The position numbers were made by a program, and so were the translations under genes. Below, piece by piece: positions 18,259 through 30,930 of a DNA stretch of 48,861 nucleotides. The notes beneath the pieces were generated by a model. The model searched no databases. It was given only the letters and a program-made list of their open reading frames with translations, and was not told the DNA's origin. Origin of the DNA: Betaproteobacteria bacterium (GTDB lineage: Bacteria; Pseudomonadota; Gammaproteobacteria; Burkholderiales; Burkholderiaceae_C); assembly GCA_043779845.1 (NCBI GenBank), contig JAYWDK010000454.1, positions 1 to 48,861 on the forward strand, given 5' to 3'. Position 1 is the stretch's first letter, and each line of letters starts with the position of its first letter.

Positions 18259-18907
18259 TGCGCGCTCCGGCCGTCAAACCTGTGGCGCTGGCCAATACCA
18301 AGCGCACCGGCGCATAGCTGCGGCGGTGCGCGGCACAAGCCCCATGCGCCTTGAGCGCCGCCAGGTGCGCCGCCGTGGGGTAGCCCTTGTGGGTGGCAAA
18401 GCCGTAGGCCGGGTAGGCCTGGTGCAGGCTCAGGCACAGCCGGTCCCGGTACACCTTGGCCAGGATCGACGCGGCCGAGATGGCTGGCACCAGCGCATCA
18501 CCCTTGACGATGGCGTGCGCCGGCATCTTCAGGCGCGGCAACTGGTTGCCGTCCACCAGCACGTGCTGCGGCACCAGGCGCAAGCCGTCCACCGCGCGGC
18601 GCATGGCCAGCAAGGTGGCCTGCAAGATGTTCAGGCTGTCGATCTCTTCAACGCTGGCCTCGGCAATGCAACAAGCCAGCGCTTTGGCGCGGATCTCGTC
18701 GAACAACAGCTCGCGCCGTCGCTCGCTGATCACCTTGCTGTCGGCCAGGCCGATGATCGGGTTCAGATCGTCCAGGATCACGGCGGCGGCCACCACTGGG
18801 CCGGCCAGCGGGCCTCGGCCGGCTTCGTCCACGCCGGCCATCAAGCGGGGCAGCGCCCAGTGCAGGCCCAGCTGCTCAGGCAATTTGGAGGACTTGCGCG
18901 ATGGCAT
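18251..18907 (-). CDS. rnhB: Ribonuclease HII
   Basis: [49 protein letters not shown]. Confidence 0.96.
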   Translation of the reverse strand: MPSRKSSKLPEQLGLHWALPRLMAGVDEAGRGPLAGPVVAAAVILDDLNPIIGLADSKVISERRRELLFDEIRAKALACCIAEASVEEIDSLNILQATLLAMRRAVDGLRLVPQHVLVDGNQLPRLKMPAHAIVKGDALVPAISAASILAKVYRDRLCLSLHQAYPAYGFATHKGYPTAAHLAALKAHGACAAHRRSYAPVRLVLASATGLTAGARNG

Positions 18908-20024
18908 CGGTGGCTTTCAGGGCAGTGTTTTGGCGCAACACGTGGTGCAGGTCGGTGAAGCAGCGCTCCAGCGCGGCCACCCGGGGCGCGTCGGCGAGCC
19001 AGGCCAGGCCCTCGCGCGCCAGCGCCTCGGGGGTGGCTGCGTCCTGGATCAACTCGGGCACCACAAATTCACCCCTCAGGATGTTGGGCAGGCCAAACCA
19101 GGGCTGGTAGCTCATGCGTTTCATGCGCTGCCAGTTGAGCCAGGCCAGGTGGTAGGTGATGACCATCGGCCGCTTGAACAAAGCGGCCTCCAGCGCCGCC
19201 GTGCCACTGGCCACCAGGGTGACGTCACAAGCTGCTAGCGCCTCATGTGAGCGGCCGTCCAGCAGCTCGATGGTCGCGTCACCTGCGTGTTGGGTGATGA
19301 AGGGCTCAACCAAGCCACGCAGGCCCGGCACCACCGGCATGATGAAGCGCAAGCCCGGCCGCAGGCGCTGCATCAAGGCGGCGGCGGCCACCAGGCGCGG
19401 CGCGATGTGGCTGATCTCGCTGCGCCGGCTGCCGGGCAGCAGCGCCACCACGGTGTCGCCCCCGCCCAAACCCAGCGCGGCGCGGGCCGCAGCCCGGGGC
19501 GGCACCAGTGGGATCACATCGGCCAGCGGATGGCCCACAAACGTGGCCGCTATGCCGTGTTTTTGCAGCAAGGCCGGCTCAAACGGAAACAGGCACAGCA
19601 CGTGGTCGGCGGCGCGTTTGAGTTTGGCCACACGCTCGCCGCGCCAGGCCCAGATCGACGGGCACACGAAGTGGATGGTTTTGAGGCCGCCCTCGCGCAG
19701 CCGGGTTTCAAGCCCAAAGTTGAAATCGGGCGCGTCGATGCCAATAAAAGCGGCGGGCCGCTCTTGCAGCAAACGATCACCCAATTGACGGCGGATGCGC
19801 AGCAACTCGGGCAAGCGCGCCAACGCGTCGACATAACCAAACACCGACAAGCGCTCGTGCGGCCACCAGGCCTCGAAGCCCTGTGCGGCCAGCTTGGGGC
19901 CGCCGATGCCGGCCGCATGCAGCGTGGGCCAGCGGGCCTTCAAGCCTTGCAGCAGCAACCCGCCCAGCAGATCGCCAGAGGCCTCGCCGGCCACCATCGC
20001 CAGCCGCAGCGCGTCAGCAGCCAC
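18876..20024 (-). CDS. lpxB: Lipid-A-disaccharide synthase
   Basis: [51 protein letters not shown]. Confidence 0.96.
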   Translation of the reverse strand: MAADALRLAMVAGEASGDLLGGLLLQGLKARWPTLHAAGIGGPKLAAQGFEAWWPHERLSVFGYVDALARLPELLRIRRQLGDRLLQERPAAFIGIDAPDFNFGLETRLREGGLKTIHFVCPSIWAWRGERVAKLKRAADHVLCLFPFEPALLQKHGIAATFVGHPLADVIPLVPPRAAARAALGLGGGDTVVALLPGSRRSEISHIAPRLVAAAALMQRLRPGLRFIMPVVPGLRGLVEPFITQHAGDATIELLDGRSHEALAACDVTLVASGTAALEAALFKRPMVITYHLAWLNWQRMKRMSYQPWFGLPNILRGEFVVPELIQDAATPEALAREGLAWLADAPRVAALERCFTDLHHVLRQNTALKATDAIAQVLQIA

Positions 20025-20030
20025 GCTGAA

Positions 20031-20819
20031 CTACCGAACGATGCCGCGTTCGGCGCCGGCCAAAAAGTTGAGCATCAGGCTGATGTCGTCGTCGCTGTCC
20101 GCAAGCTGGCCACGCAAGGCCTCGATTTCGGCGAGGCTGGCCGCCAGCGTCAGGCCCTTGCGGTACAGCAAGCGGTGCATCTGCTTGACCTGCGCGATGC
20201 GCTCGTCCGAGAAACCCCGGCGCCGCAGCCCTTCGGCGTTGATGCCGGTGGCCGCAGCCGGATTGCCGGCCGCCGTGACGTAAGGCGGCAAATCTTGCGA
20301 CAAGCGGGTTTGAAAGCCCGTCATGGCGTGCGCGCCCACCCGCACAAACTGGTGCACGCCCGACAAACCGCCCAAAATCGCCCAGTCGCCCAGGTGCACG
20401 TGGCCGCCCAGTTGCGTGGCGTTGGCGATGATGATGTGGCTGCCCAGCTTGCAATCGTGCGCGATATGCACGTAGGCCATGATCCAGTTGTCGTCGCCCA
20501 GCGCCGTGAGGCCACCGTCTTGCACCGTGCCGGTGTTGATGGTGACAAACTCGCGGATCGTATTGCCACAGCCGATCACCAGGCGCGTAGGCTCGCCGGC
20601 GTATTTTTTGTCTTGCGGCGCGGCGCCGATGGATGCGAACTGAAAGATGCGGTTGTCGCGCCCGAGCGTGGTGTGGCCGTCCAGCACACAGTGCGCGCCG
20701 ATGCTGCTGCCAGCGCCAATTTGCACGTGCGCGCCAATCACCGCATAAGGGCCAACCGTCACGTCCTCGGCCAGCTCGGCGCGGGCATCAACCAGCGCAG
20801 TGGCGTGAATCTGGGTCAT
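20031..20819 (-). CDS. lpxA: UDP-N-acetylglucosamine O-acyltransferase
   Basis: Hexapeptide repeats, PQDKKY, IREFVTI, HIAHDC, VHQF, C-terminal RGIVR. Confidence 0.96.
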   Translation of the reverse strand: MTQIHATALVDARAELAEDVTVGPYAVIGAHVQIGAGSSIGAHCVLDGHTTLGRDNRIFQFASIGAAPQDKKYAGEPTRLVIGCGNTIREFVTINTGTVQDGGLTALGDDNWIMAYVHIAHDCKLGSHIIIANATQLGGHVHLGDWAILGGLSGVHQFVRVGAHAMTGFQTRLSQDLPPYVTAAGNPAAATGINAEGLRRRGFSDERIAQVKQMHRLLYRKGLTLAASLAEIEALRGQLADSDDDISLMLNFLAGAERGIVR

Positions 20820-20833
20820 GCGCTACTCCGCCT

Positions 20834-21286
20834 TCAAGCCACTTTGCGCATGGTGCACATGAGCTCGGCCTCGACGGCCACGTCGCCATCCACCGTGCCG
20901 CGGGTTTTGTACTTGAAGATGCCCGACTTGACGCGCAGGATGCTGGCTTCCAGGATCAGCTGATCACCGGGCACAACCACGCGCTTGAAGCGCGCGCCGT
21001 CGATGCCCAAAAAGTACACCACAGTGTTTTCGTCGGGCTCCTGGCCCATCGATTCAAACGACAGCAAGGCCGCCGTCTGCGCCAGCGCCTCCAGCATCAA
21101 AACACCCGGCATCACCGGCCGATTGGGGAAATGGCCCACAAAAAACGGCTCGTTGATGGTGACGTTTTTCAGCGCTTTGATGCGCACGTCTTTCTCGAAC
21201 TCGATCACCCGATCTACCAGCAAAAACGGGTAGCGATGCGGCAGCTTTTTGAGGATGCGGTGGATGTCAAAAACGGGAACGGTCAT
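20834..21286 (-). CDS. fabZ: 3-hydroxyacyl-ACP dehydratase
   Basis: [40 protein letters not shown]. Confidence 0.97.
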   Translation of the reverse strand: MTVPVFDIHRILKKLPHRYPFLLVDRVIEFEKDVRIKALKNVTINEPFFVGHFPNRPVMPGVLMLEALAQTAALLSFESMGQEPDENTVVYFLGIDGARFKRVVVPGDQLILEASILRVKSGIFKYKTRGTVDGDVAVEAELMCTMRKVA

Positions 21287-21288
21287 GG

Positions 21289-22359
21289 TTATTTTTTCTC
21301 TAGCGCGCGAATGCGGTCACGCAAGCTGTGCAATTGGCGCAAGGTGGCGGCGTTTTTTTCCCAGGACGCATTGTCATCGAAGGGAAACAAGCCGCTGTAC
21401 TGGCCGGGCTTGAGGATGGACCGGGTGATCACCGTGGCCGCGGTGACATGCACGTGGTCCACCAGCACCAGATGGCCCAGGATGATGGCACCGCCACCCG
21501 CCGTGCAATGCCGGCCGATCTTGGCGCTGCCCGCGATGCCTACGCAACCGGCCATGGCGCTGTGCGCGCCAATGTGCACGTTGTGGCCGACCTGGATCAG
21601 GTTGTCGAGCTTGACGCCTTCGTCGATCACGGTGTCGGCTAGCGCGCCCCGGTCGATGCAGGTGTTGGCGCCAATTTCCACGTCATGGGCTATGCGCACT
21701 GCGCCAAGTTGCTCGATTTTTTCCCAACAGGCCTCGTCGCCACGGCCGCTGGGTGCAAAGCCAAAACCGTCGGCGCCAATCACCACGCCAGCGTGCAAGA
21801 TGCCGCGCGCGCCGATCACGCAAGCCTCGCCAAAGGTCACCCGGGCGGCCAGGCGTGTGCCCTCGCCGATCACCGCGCCCGCGCCAATGTGCGTGTGCGT
21901 GCCGATCACCACGTCGGGGCCGATGTCGGCACCCGCGCCCACGTAAACCAACGCGCCCACAGATGCCGATGCGTGGATACGCGCCCCGGGTTCCACCACG
22001 GCACTGGGGTGAACGCCCACCACGGGCGCTTTGCGCTTGCGCGCCGCCCACCACTGGGTGAGCCTGGCAAAGTAAAGGTAGGGATCCGGGGTAACGATGG
22101 CCGCGCCGCGTGCCAGCGCGGCCTCACGCTGAGCCGGCGCCACGATCACGCAAGCCGCGTTTGAGGCCAACATCTGCGCCGCGTAGCGCGGGTTGGCCAA
22201 AAAGCTCAGGCTGCCGGCGTCGGCCGATTCCAGCGGCGCCAGGCGGTGGATGATCGTGGCTGCAAGGTCGCGTGGCGCCGCGCGGGCCCCATCACACAGT
22301 TCCCCCCCAAGCGCGGCCACTACATCGGCCAACCGCACCGGCTGCGGCACGGCGCTCAA
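21289..22359 (-). CDS. lpxD: UDP-3-O-acylglucosamine N-acyltransferase
   Basis: [47 protein letters not shown]. Confidence 0.95.
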   Translation of the reverse strand: MSAVPQPVRLADVVAALGGELCDGARAAPRDLAATIIHRLAPLESADAGSLSFLANPRYAAQMLASNAACVIVAPAQREAALARGAAIVTPDPYLYFARLTQWWAARKRKAPVVGVHPSAVVEPGARIHASASVGALVYVGAGADIGPDVVIGTHTHIGAGAVIGEGTRLAARVTFGEACVIGARGILHAGVVIGADGFGFAPSGRGDEACWEKIEQLGAVRIAHDVEIGANTCIDRGALADTVIDEGVKLDNLIQVGHNVHIGAHSAMAGCVGIAGSAKIGRHCTAGGGAIILGHLVLVDHVHVTAATVITRSILKPGQYSGLFPFDDNASWEKNAATLRQLHSLRDRIRALEKK

Positions 22360-22363
22360 AGCC

Positions 22364-22891
22364 TTACTTGCCTGCAGCGGCGCTGTTGAGCGCCTTGATC
22401 ACTTTTTCAGTGATGTCCACACGCGGGCTGGCGTTGACCACGTCTTGCAGGATCAGGTCGTATTTTTCGCTGTCAAAGATCTGCTTGATGACCTTGTTGG
22501 CGCGCTCGACCAAACCAGCGGTTTCTTCGTTGCGGCGCTGGTTCAGGTCTTCTTGAAACTCGCGGCGCTTGCGTTGCAGGTCGCGGTCTTGCTCAACCAG
22601 GTCACGTTGACGGCGGCCGCGCTCGCTTTCGGGCAGCGTGGGCGCGTCTTTTTCAAGCTTGTCGGCGGCCGCCTTGAGCTTGCCTGCCTGGTCGTTCAGG
22701 TCTTTGTCGCGCTTGCTGAAATCGGCTTCCATGCGGGCCAGCGCGGCCTTGGCCGGCACCGCCTCGCGCAGCACCCGCTCACTGTTGACATAGCCAATCT
22801 TCAACTCTTGCGCCTGGGCGGCGCCGGTGGCCAACATTGCCGCACACACGGTGCTGAGCAAGGCCAATGACTTCAATGTCTTCGTGATCAT
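22364..22891 (-). CDS. skp: OmpH/Skp periplasmic chaperone
   Basis: Signal peptide, KIGYVN, long coiled-coil, YDLIL, DIT..VIK.L. Lies between bamA and lpxD. Confidence 0.93.
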   Translation of the reverse strand: MITKTLKSLALLSTVCAAMLATGAAQAQELKIGYVNSERVLREAVPAKAALARMEADFSKRDKDLNDQAGKLKAAADKLEKDAPTLPESERGRRQRDLVEQDRDLQRKRREFQEDLNQRRNEETAGLVERANKVIKQIFDSEKYDLILQDVVNASPRVDITEKVIKALNSAAAGK

Positions 22892-25206
22892 CAGAACGCG
22901 GTCCCGATCTGGAATTGGAAACGTTGGATTCTATCCGTGGGTTTCTTGTTGATGGGTGCGCCCCAGCTCAGCTTGAGCGGGCCCACCGGTGAAATCCAGG
23001 ACAGCCCGATGCCCACCGATGAGCGCAAGCTGGACGCCGTGATGGGCTCGCCATCACGCCACACATTGCCCGCGTCGGCAAAGCCAAAAATGCGCAGTGA
23101 TTTGTCGTTGCCTGTGCCCGGCACGGGCAGGTACAGCTCGGCGTTGAGGTTGATTTTTTTGGCGCCGCCCACGTAGGCGCCGGTGGGGTCGATCACACCG
23201 AGGGAGTTTTGTTCAAACACCCGCACAGAGCCCAAACCACCACCATAAAAGTTCTTGAACACCGGGTACGGCCGGCCGCCTTGGCCCTGGCCCCAGCCCA
23301 GCTCACCGTTTAGCCCCAAGGTGATGCGCTGCCAGATCGGGAAGAACTGCTGGTACTGCAAGTTGGTGCGTATGTAGCGCACGTCGCCGGCCACGCTCCA
23401 CTCGACGTTGGCGCGCTGGTAGCGGCCCGCCGTGGGGGTGAGCGCGCTGTCGCGCTGGTCACGCGCCCAACCCAGCGTCAAGGGCACCGACGTGGACGTG
23501 GGCCCGTAGTTGAAGCGGTAATCAAAGTACTGGTTCGGGATGCCGCTGGACGCGCCGATGTTGGTTTGCTCAACGCCTCCCCCGAAAAATACGGTGTCGT
23601 GCTCAGAGAAGGGTACGCCAAACCGCACTGCTGCACCTGGATTCGAAATCTGGTACTGGGTGCCCAAGCTGTTGTAGGGCCGTGTGGTGCGGTAGAACAA
23701 ATCCAACGCGCGCGAGATGCCATCGACCGTGAAATACGGGTCCACGGTGCTAAATACCAAGCTGCGCGCGGTGCGGCTGGTATTGACCTCGAAGCCCAGG
23801 TAATTGCCCGAACCGAAGACGTTGTCTTGTTTGATGGACGCCGTCAGCGCCAGGCGATCCGCGCTGGAGAAACTCAAGCCCAGCATCAGATTGCCTGTGG
23901 GTTTTTCAGTCACGGCCACGGCCAGGTCAACCTGGTCGGCGGTGCCCGCCACCTCGTTGGTGTCGACGTTGACATCCTTGAAATAACCCAGGCGATCAAC
24001 CCGCTCGCGTGAGAGCTTGATGCGCTCGCCGTCATACCAACCCGATTCGAGCTGCCGGAACTCACGGCGCACCACTTCATCACGGGTGCGCGTATTGCCC
24101 GCGATGTCAATGCGCCGCACGTACACGCGGCGCTGCGGTTCGGCGGCCAGCACCACCGCCACTTGGCCGTTGGCACGGTCGATTTCAGTACGCGCATCAA
24201 CCCGGGCAAACGCATAACCGTAGCTGCCAAACCGATCGGTGAAGGCCTTGGTGGTGCCGGTGACGGCGGCGGCGCGATAGGGCTCACCGGCCTTGATGCC
24301 AATGAGTTGTTTGAACTCGTCTTCTTTGCCCAGGTAGTCACCGGCCAGGCGCACTGCCGTCACGGTGTAGGGCTGGCCCTCTTTGACCGTGATGGTCAAC
24401 GAGATGTCTTGTTTGTCCGGCGAGATCGTGACTTGCGCGGACTCGATGTTGAACTCAAGGTAGCCGCGGTTCAGGTAATAGGCGCGGATGGTGTCGAGGT
24501 CAGCGTTGAGCTTGGCGCGTGAGTAGCGATCATTCTTGGTGTACCAGGTCAACCAGCCGCTGGTGGTGAGATCCATCAGGGCACCGAGCGTGCTTTCGTC
24601 AAACACTTTGGCGCCCACGATGCGGATCTCGCGGATGCGCGCCGCATCGCCCTCGGTCATGGCAAAGCTGACGTTGACCCGGTTGCGATCCGTTGGGGTG
24701 ATGGTGGTCACCACCTCGGCACCGTAGAGGCTGCGCGACAGGTACTGGCGCTTGACCTCTTGCTCGGCGCGATCAACCAGCGCGCGGTCAAAGGGCAGGC
24801 CTTCACCAATGCCGGCATCCTTGAGCGACTTGAGCAGCGTGTCCTTGTCGAACTCTTTCAGGCCCACGAAGGTGACGGTTTCGATCACCGGCCGTTCTTC
24901 AACCACGACCACCGCCACGCGGGCGTCGATCTCGATGCGCACGTCCTTGAACAAGCCGGTGGCGAACAAGGCGCGCAAGGCAGCGGCGGCTTTTTCGTCG
25001 GTGTAGGTATCGCCCACCCGAAACGGCAGCGCCGCAAACACGGTGCCTGGATCGGTGCGTTGCAGGCCTTCAACACGTATGTCTTGCAGCACAAACGGCT
25101 CGACGGCCAGGGCCATCGGGCTGGCCAGCGCGGCCACCAGCGCAACGGCTGACGCGACGGCCACCGCACTCGGGCGGAACAAATGATCTGGGGAAGAAAA
25201 AGGCAT
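22891..25206 (-). CDS. bamA: Outer membrane protein assembly factor
   Basis: POTRA repeats (DIRVEGLQR, LFATGLF, GN.RTRDEV.RRE), GGLGSVRVF loop, SPVGPL, terminal FQFQIGTAF. Start set at ATG 25206, downstream of the rseP stop. Confidence 0.95.
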   Translation of the reverse strand: MPFSSPDHLFRPSAVAVASAVALVAALASPMALAVEPFVLQDIRVEGLQRTDPGTVFAALPFRVGDTYTDEKAAAALRALFATGLFKDVRIEIDARVAVVVVEERPVIETVTFVGLKEFDKDTLLKSLKDAGIGEGLPFDRALVDRAEQEVKRQYLSRSLYGAEVVTTITPTDRNRVNVSFAMTEGDAARIREIRIVGAKVFDESTLGALMDLTTSGWLTWYTKNDRYSRAKLNADLDTIRAYYLNRGYLEFNIESAQVTISPDKQDISLTITVKEGQPYTVTAVRLAGDYLGKEDEFKQLIGIKAGEPYRAAAVTGTTKAFTDRFGSYGYAFARVDARTEIDRANGQVAVVLAAEPQRRVYVRRIDIAGNTRTRDEVVRREFRQLESGWYDGERIKLSRERVDRLGYFKDVNVDTNEVAGTADQVDLAVAVTEKPTGNLMLGLSFSSADRLALTASIKQDNVFGSGNYLGFEVNTSRTARSLVFSTVDPYFTVDGISRALDLFYRTTRPYNSLGTQYQISNPGAAVRFGVPFSEHDTVFFGGGVEQTNIGASSGIPNQYFDYRFNYGPTSTSVPLTLGWARDQRDSALTPTAGRYQRANVEWSVAGDVRYIRTNLQYQQFFPIWQRITLGLNGELGWGQGQGGRPYPVFKNFYGGGLGSVRVFEQNSLGVIDPTGAYVGGAKKINLNAELYLPVPGTGNDKSLRIFGFADAGNVWRDGEPITASSLRSSVGIGLSWISPVGPLKLSWGAPINKKPTDRIQRFQFQIGTAF

Positions 25207-25214
25207 CGGGAGAT

Positions 25215-26594
25215 TCACTGCAGGCCCAGCAAACGGGCAACATCGTTGAAAAGGGCCACCGACATCATCAGCAGCAAGACGGCGACGCCACCGCGTTGCA
25301 GGCGTGCGAGCCAAAGATCGGAGACCGGACGGCCGGTCAGGCCCTCGAAAATGTAATACATCAGGTGCCCACCATCGAGCATGGGCAGCGGCAGCAGGTT
25401 CAGCACGCCCAGACTCACGCTGACCAGCGCCAGGAACCCCAGGTAGTACGCCAAGCCCTGCTGCGCCGACTGGCCGGCCACGTCCGCAATGGTGAGCGGC
25501 CCGCTCAGGTTGCGCAGCGATGCTTGGCCGATCAACATGCGGCCCATCATTTTGACAGTGAGCGCCGACACCTCCCAGGTGTGCACCGCGCCACGTTGCA
25601 AGCCCTCAAGCGGGCCAAGCTGTACCTTGACCAGCACAGGCGGCGCACCCACAAAAGCGTCAACGCGGCCGATGCTGCGCTCGGTGCCCCGATCACCCTC
25701 CTTGGCCACGCGCGGCGTGATGGTGACCTCGATGCCCTGGCTGCCACGCTGCACGGCCCAGACCATGGGTAGGGCAGCGCCGTCGCGCAGCGAGGTGCGG
25801 ATGCGCTCTCGAAGACTCTGGGCATCGCTGATGGCCTGGCCGTCCACCCGCAATACCCGGTCACCAGCACGCAAGCCCGCCGCTGCGGCAGGGCCGCCGG
25901 CCTTGACCTCGCCCAGCACCGGCTCACTGAACGCCGTGCCCAAGCCAATGCGCTTCATGAGCGCGGCGTCCATCTCCTGGGCGCCCAATTCATCAAGGCC
26001 CAAGCGCAGCTGGTGGCTATTGCGGCCAGCGCTGTCACTGACCCGCAGCTGCAAGGGCTCACCGGCCAACATGTGCTGGGTGAGCTGCCAGCGCAGGTCA
26101 TTGATGGACAGCACCTCGACCCACTGGCCGTCGCTGCCTTGCCAGGCCTGCACCCAGTCACCTGTGCGCATGCCGGCGCGCTCGGCCAGGCTGCCCATGG
26201 CAGGCGAGCCCAACACGGCCTTGGGCTCTTCAAGGCCGATCCAGTGGGACACCGCGTACAGCAACACGGCCAGCAGCAAATTGGCCACGGGCCCGGCCAC
26301 CACGATGGCCGCGCGTTGGCGCAACGATTTGCGGTTGAAGGCCTGGTCAAGCTCTTGCGGCGCCACCGGGCCTTCGCGCTCGTCGAGCATGCGCACATAG
26401 CCGCCCAACGGCAGCACCGACAGCACAAACTCGGTGTGATCGGGTGAGCGCTGGTGGCGCCAGACGACCCGCCCAAAACCGATTGAAAACCGCAGCACCT
26501 TGACGCCACAAGCCACCGCCACGCGGTAGTGCCCGTACTCATGCACGACGATCAGCACGGCCAGGGTCAACAAAAAGGCCAACACGGTGATCAT
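25215..26594 (-). CDS. rseP: RIP metalloprotease with PDZ domains
   Basis: HEYGH zinc motif, [38 protein letters not shown]. Confidence 0.95.
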   Translation of the reverse strand: MITVLAFLLTLAVLIVVHEYGHYRVAVACGVKVLRFSIGFGRVVWRHQRSPDHTEFVLSVLPLGGYVRMLDEREGPVAPQELDQAFNRKSLRQRAAIVVAGPVANLLLAVLLYAVSHWIGLEEPKAVLGSPAMGSLAERAGMRTGDWVQAWQGSDGQWVEVLSINDLRWQLTQHMLAGEPLQLRVSDSAGRNSHQLRLGLDELGAQEMDAALMKRIGLGTAFSEPVLGEVKAGGPAAAAGLRAGDRVLRVDGQAISDAQSLRERIRTSLRDGAALPMVWAVQRGSQGIEVTITPRVAKEGDRGTERSIGRVDAFVGAPPVLVKVQLGPLEGLQRGAVHTWEVSALTVKMMGRMLIGQASLRNLSGPLTIADVAGQSAQQGLAYYLGFLALVSVSLGVLNLLPLPMLDGGHLMYYIFEGLTGRPVSDLWLARLQRGGVAVLLLMMSVALFNDVARLLGLQ

Positions 26595-27841
26595 GGCGTG
26601 AGCTCCTGGGTGGGGGCCCGCGTGCCCTTGCGGGCGAGCTGGCGGGTGAGTTCGGGGATGAGGGCCAACGCACTGGCGCGGGCCCGCTCGTCCAGCGCCA
26701 GCAAGTCGCCAATGGAGACGGCATCGGCCGGCCCCGGCAGCACTGCGGCCACGGTGTCGGCATTGATGCGGTGGATGTCGGTGAAGCGCACCTGGCCAGC
26801 CAGGAAGGCAGCCACCGCCACCTCGTTGGCCGCATTGAGCACAGTGGTGCTGCCCTCGGCGCCACCCAGCGCGTCATAGGCCAGCCCCAGCCCCGGGAAA
26901 CGCTGCGGATCGGCCAGCTCGAAGGTGAGTGCCTTGAGCGCCAGAAAATCCAGCGCGTCGGCGCCCGAGGCATGACGGTGCGGCCACGCCAGGCCCACGC
27001 CGATGGGTACTTTCATGTCGGGTGTGCCGAGCTGCGCCAGCACGGAGTTGTCCCGGCATACCACCATCGAGTGGATGATGCTTTGCGGGTGCAGCACCAC
27101 GCGGATCTGCTCGGGCTCCAGATCGAACAACCAGCGCGCCTCGATCACCTCCAGCGCCTTGTTCATCATGGTGGCTGAATCGACCGAGATCTTGCGGCCC
27201 ATCACCCAGTTGGGATGGGCGCAGGCCTGCTCGGGGGTGACCTCATGCAGGCTGGCGAGCTCACGGGTTCTGAAGGGGCCCCCAGAGGCGGTGAGCACGA
27301 TGTGGTCAATGCGCTGGGCCCAGGCCGAGCGGTCTTCGGGCAGGCACTGAAAAATGGCCGAGTGCTCGCTGTCAATCGGCAGCAGCAGCGCGCCGCCTTG
27401 CTTGACTGCGTCCATGAACAAACGCCCGCCCACCACCAATGCCTCTTTGTTGGCCAGCATCAAGCGCTTGCCCGCACGCGCCGCAGCCATGCACGACGGC
27501 AGGCCGGCGGCGCCCACGATGGCCGCCATCACGCTGTGCACGTCCGGATGGGCGGCCATGTCGCACAGCGCCTGCGGGCCGTGCAGCACCTCAACATGCA
27601 AGCCGGCGTCAGCCAGTTCGATTTGCAAAGCCTTGGCTTGTTTTGCCGTGCCGACCACCGCAAAACGCGGGCGCCAGCGGCGGCACAGCGCGGCCAATTC
27701 AGCCATGCGGTTCAAGGCGGTGAGCGCAAAAACCTCGTAGCGCTCGGGATGCAAGGCGATCACATCCAGCGTGCTGCCGCCCACCGACCCGGTGGCCCCG
27801 AGGATGCACACGCGTTGAACGATGTCAGATGTTGTCGGCAA
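26591..27841 (-). CDS. dxr: 1-deoxy-D-xylulose 5-phosphate reductoisomerase
   Basis: [59 protein letters not shown]. Confidence 0.96.
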   Translation of the reverse strand: MPTTSDIVQRVCILGATGSVGGSTLDVIALHPERYEVFALTALNRMAELAALCRRWRPRFAVVGTAKQAKALQIELADAGLHVEVLHGPQALCDMAAHPDVHSVMAAIVGAAGLPSCMAAARAGKRLMLANKEALVVGGRLFMDAVKQGGALLLPIDSEHSAIFQCLPEDRSAWAQRIDHIVLTASGGPFRTRELASLHEVTPEQACAHPNWVMGRKISVDSATMMNKALEVIEARWLFDLEPEQIRVVLHPQSIIHSMVVCRDNSVLAQLGTPDMKVPIGVGLAWPHRHASGADALDFLALKALTFELADPQRFPGLGLAYDALGGAEGSTTVLNAANEVAVAAFLAGQVRFTDIHRINADTVAAVLPGPADAVSIGDLLALDERARASALALIPELTRQLARKGTRAPTQELTP

Positions 27842-27860
27842 GATGATTAGGCGAAGCTAG

Positions 27861-28700
27861 TTACAGACTGATCAAAGCCAGGGCGGCAGGCAACACCGGC
27901 AGCAAGGCATCGATGCGATCCAGCACGCCGCCATGGCCGGGCAATAGCGCGCTGGAATCCTTGGCGCCTGCAGCGCGCTTGACCAGCGATTCAAACAGAT
28001 CACCGACCACGCTGAGCGCGGCCAGCAGTAAAGATGCCAGCAACATGCCCACCCAACCCCAACGCTGCTGCAGCAACAGGAACAGGCTAGGTGAATCAAA
28101 ACTGGCGCGCGACTCCACCCACAGCCAAGCCAGGCCCAGCACCAGCACGCCGGCCACGCCGCCGTACACGCCTTCCCAGCTCTTGCCGGGGCTGATGCTG
28201 GGCGCCAGCTTGTTGCGGCCAAACGCCCGGCCACAAAAATAGGCGCTGATGTCGGCGGCCCACACCACGCACATCACCGACAGCAAAAAGTTGATGCCGA
28301 TCGTGCGCGCTTGCGCCAGCGCCAGCCAGGCCAGCCACAGCAGCGCCAGCCCCAGGGCCCAACGCAGCATGGCGGGCACTTGCGGCCAACCCGCAGGGCC
28401 CCGCCGCAGCGCCAGCGCCCCGCCCACGATCCAGACCACGAGGCCCAGCAGCCACAGGCCGCTAACTTGACCAATGTGCGGCATTTTCATCAAACTCAAT
28501 CCACACAACAGCGCCAACAACCCACCCGTTGCCAGCGCGGGCGCGCCGGCGGACAAACCATTCAATCGCGCCCATTCCCAGCCGGCGGCGCTGATCAACA
28601 CCAGTGACAGCAACCCAAACGGCAAAGGGCTTGCGGCGAACAAGGCTGGCAGCAAAAACGCCATCAGCACCAAGGCAGTGATCACACGCTGGCGCAGCAT
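27861..28700 (-). CDS. cdsA: Phosphatidate cytidylyltransferase
   Basis: MLRQRVITA, SPGKSWEG, GDLFESLVKR..G.KDS..LPGHGGVLDRID. Confidence 0.94.
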   Translation of the reverse strand: MLRQRVITALVLMAFLLPALFAASPLPFGLLSLVLISAAGWEWARLNGLSAGAPALATGGLLALLCGLSLMKMPHIGQVSGLWLLGLVVWIVGGALALRRGPAGWPQVPAMLRWALGLALLWLAWLALAQARTIGINFLLSVMCVVWAADISAYFCGRAFGRNKLAPSISPGKSWEGVYGGVAGVLVLGLAWLWVESRASFDSPSLFLLLQQRWGWVGMLLASLLLAALSVVGDLFESLVKRAAGAKDSSALLPGHGGVLDRIDALLPVLPAALALISL

Positions 28701-28706
28701 GGCGGC

Positions 28707-29435
28707 CTAGCTGCCGGACGACTCAAGCGCCGCCGAGTTCACCGCGCCAAAGCGGCGGTCGCGGCTGGCGTAAGTGGTCAGCGCCGCATCGAGCGCGGCC
28801 ACGTCGAAATCTGGCCACAGGCAATCGGTGAACACCAGTTCGGAGTAGGCCACCTGCCACAGCAAGAAGTTGCTGATGCGCACCTCACCGCCGGTGCGGA
28901 TGAACAGATCCGGGTCGGGCGCGTGGCGCATGGCCATGTAGCCCGACAGGGCTTCTTCGGTGATTTGCTCGGGTTGCAAACCGGCGGCCATCGCTTGGCG
29001 GCAGGCCTGCACCACGTCCCAGCGGCCACCGTAGTTGAAGGCTACAGACAAGGTGATACGGGTGTTGTGCTGCGTGGCCAACTCGGCCTCCAACCAGGCG
29101 GCGCGCAGGCGATCAGACACTGCGCTGCGGTCGCCCACGATGACGATGCGCACGCCATCCTTGGCCAGCTTGCCCAGGTACTTGGCCACCGCCACCAGCA
29201 CCAAGCCCATCAGGCCGGAGACCTCGTCCTCGGGGCGCTTCCAGTTTTCGGATGAAAACGCGAACACGGTGAGGTACTCGACCCCGCGGTCGGCGCACGC
29301 ATTGATCACCTTGATCAGCGTATCGACGCCGGCCTTGTGCCCAAAAAAGCGCGGCAGATAGCGCTTCTTGGCCCAACGGCCATTGCCATCCATGACCACG
29401 GCCACATGGCGTGGCACAGCAGCGTTTCGAGTCAT
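28707..29435 (-). CDS. uppS: Undecaprenyl diphosphate synthase
   Basis: HVAVVMDGNGRWA, FAFSSENWKRP..EV, NYGGR, DLFIRTGGE.RISNFLLWQ.AYSEL. Confidence 0.96.
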   Translation of the reverse strand: MTRNAAVPRHVAVVMDGNGRWAKKRYLPRFFGHKAGVDTLIKVINACADRGVEYLTVFAFSSENWKRPEDEVSGLMGLVLVAVAKYLGKLAKDGVRIVIVGDRSAVSDRLRAAWLEAELATQHNTRITLSVAFNYGGRWDVVQACRQAMAAGLQPEQITEEALSGYMAMRHAPDPDLFIRTGGEVRISNFLLWQVAYSELVFTDCLWPDFDVAALDAALTTYASRDRRFGAVNSAALESSGS

Positions 29436-29489
29436 CGGCTTGGGGTTTGCGGACAGATGAGCATCAATTTGAACGGCGGGAGCAAGCGC

Positions 29490-30050
29490 TCAAACCGCCA
29501 TGATTTCGGCTTCTTTGCCCTGCACCAAGCGGTCGATTTCAATCACGACGCGGTCGGTCAGCTTTTGCACGTCTTCTTGGGCGCGGCGCTCGTCGTCTTC
29601 GGTCACGGCCTTGTCTTTGAGCAGCTTCTTGAGGGCCTCGTTGGCCTCGCGGCGCAGGTTGCGCACCGCCACCTTGCTCTCTTCGCCGTTGTGCTTGGCG
29701 ATCTTGCTCATCTCGCGACGGCGCTCTTCGGTGAGCGCGGGCATGGGCACGCGGATCAGGTCACCCTGAGAAGCAGGATTGAGGCCCAGGTCGCTGTCAC
29801 GAATGGCGCGCTCGATCTTTGCGGCCATGCTCTTTTCCCAGGGCTGCACGCTGATCGTGCGCGCGTCCATCAGGGACACGTTGGCCACCTGGGTGATCGG
29901 CACCTGGGAGCCGTAATAGTCAACCTGCACGTGGTCCAGGATGCCCGGATGGGCGCGGCCCGTGCGGATTTTTTGCAGGTCGCCCTTGAAGGCCTCGATG
30001 GACTTGACCATCTTGGCTTCGGTGGATTTTTTGATGTCGGCAATGGTCAT
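29490..30050 (-). CDS. frr: Ribosome recycling factor
   Basis: [40 protein letters not shown]. Confidence 0.97.
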   Translation of the reverse strand: MTIADIKKSTEAKMVKSIEAFKGDLQKIRTGRAHPGILDHVQVDYYGSQVPITQVANVSLMDARTISVQPWEKSMAAKIERAIRDSDLGLNPASQGDLIRVPMPALTEERRREMSKIAKHNGEESKVAVRNLRREANEALKKLLKDKAVTEDDERRAQEDVQKLTDRVVIEIDRLVQGKEAEIMAV

Positions 30051-30077
30051 GGTGCTTGCTCGCTTGCGGGATCGTCT

Positions 30078-30788
30078 TCAGACGTGAACCAGGGTGCCTT
30101 CGTCCTCGCCCATCACCACGCGCTTGAGCGCGCCGGGCTTGAAGATCGAAAACACCTTGATTGGCAGTTTCTGGTCGCGGCACAGCGCAAAAGCGGTGGC
30201 GTCCAGAACCTGCAGGTTTTTGGAGATAGCCTCGTCAAAAGTCAGGCTGTTGTAGCGCGTGGCTGAGGGGTCTTTTTTGGGGTCGGCGGTGTACACGCCG
30301 TCCACCTTGGTGGCCTTGAGCACCACCTCGGCGCCGATCTCGGCGCCACGCAAGGCGGCGGCGGTGTCCGTGGTGAAAAACGGGTTGCCGGTGCCGGCGG
30401 CAAAGATCACGATCTTGCCCTCTTCGAGGTATTGCAAGGCCTTGGGACGCACGTAGGGCTCGACCACCTGCTCGATGCTGATGGCCGACATGACGCGGGC
30501 CACCATGCCTTCGAGCCGCATGGTGTCCGCCAGCGCCAGCGCGTTCATCACGGTGGCCAGCATGCCCATGTAATCGGCCGTGGCGCGGTCCATGCCCACC
30601 GACCCGCCCACCACGCCGCGAAAGATATTGCCCCCGCCAATCACCACCGCAACCTCAACCCCCAAGGTGGTGACCTCACGCACCTCGCGCACCATGCGCA
30701 CGATGGTGGCGCGGTTGATGCCGTAGGCGTCGTCGCCCATCAAAGCTTCGCCCGAGAGCTTGAGAAGAATGCGCTTGTAAGCGGGCAT
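30078..30788 (-). CDS. pyrH: UMP kinase
   Basis: [47 protein letters not shown]. Confidence 0.97.
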   Translation of the reverse strand: MPAYKRILLKLSGEALMGDDAYGINRATIVRMVREVREVTTLGVEVAVVIGGGNIFRGVVGGSVGMDRATADYMGMLATVMNALALADTMRLEGMVARVMSAISIEQVVEPYVRPKALQYLEEGKIVIFAAGTGNPFFTTDTAAALRGAEIGAEVVLKATKVDGVYTADPKKDPSATRYNSLTFDEAISKNLQVLDATAFALCRDQKLPIKVFSIFKPGALKRVVMGEDEGTLVHV

Positions 30789-30930
30789 GTGCGGGGCTCC
30801 TGGATGGCGGGGGATCAGTTTAGTCGGCGCTCAGCGGGGTGGCCGCTGGGCGCCTGTCATTCAATGAGCCAAACCCGGGCGATCGGCCCGGTCTGGCTCA
30901 ATCGGCCGCCATGAAGGCGGCCGAAGGGGC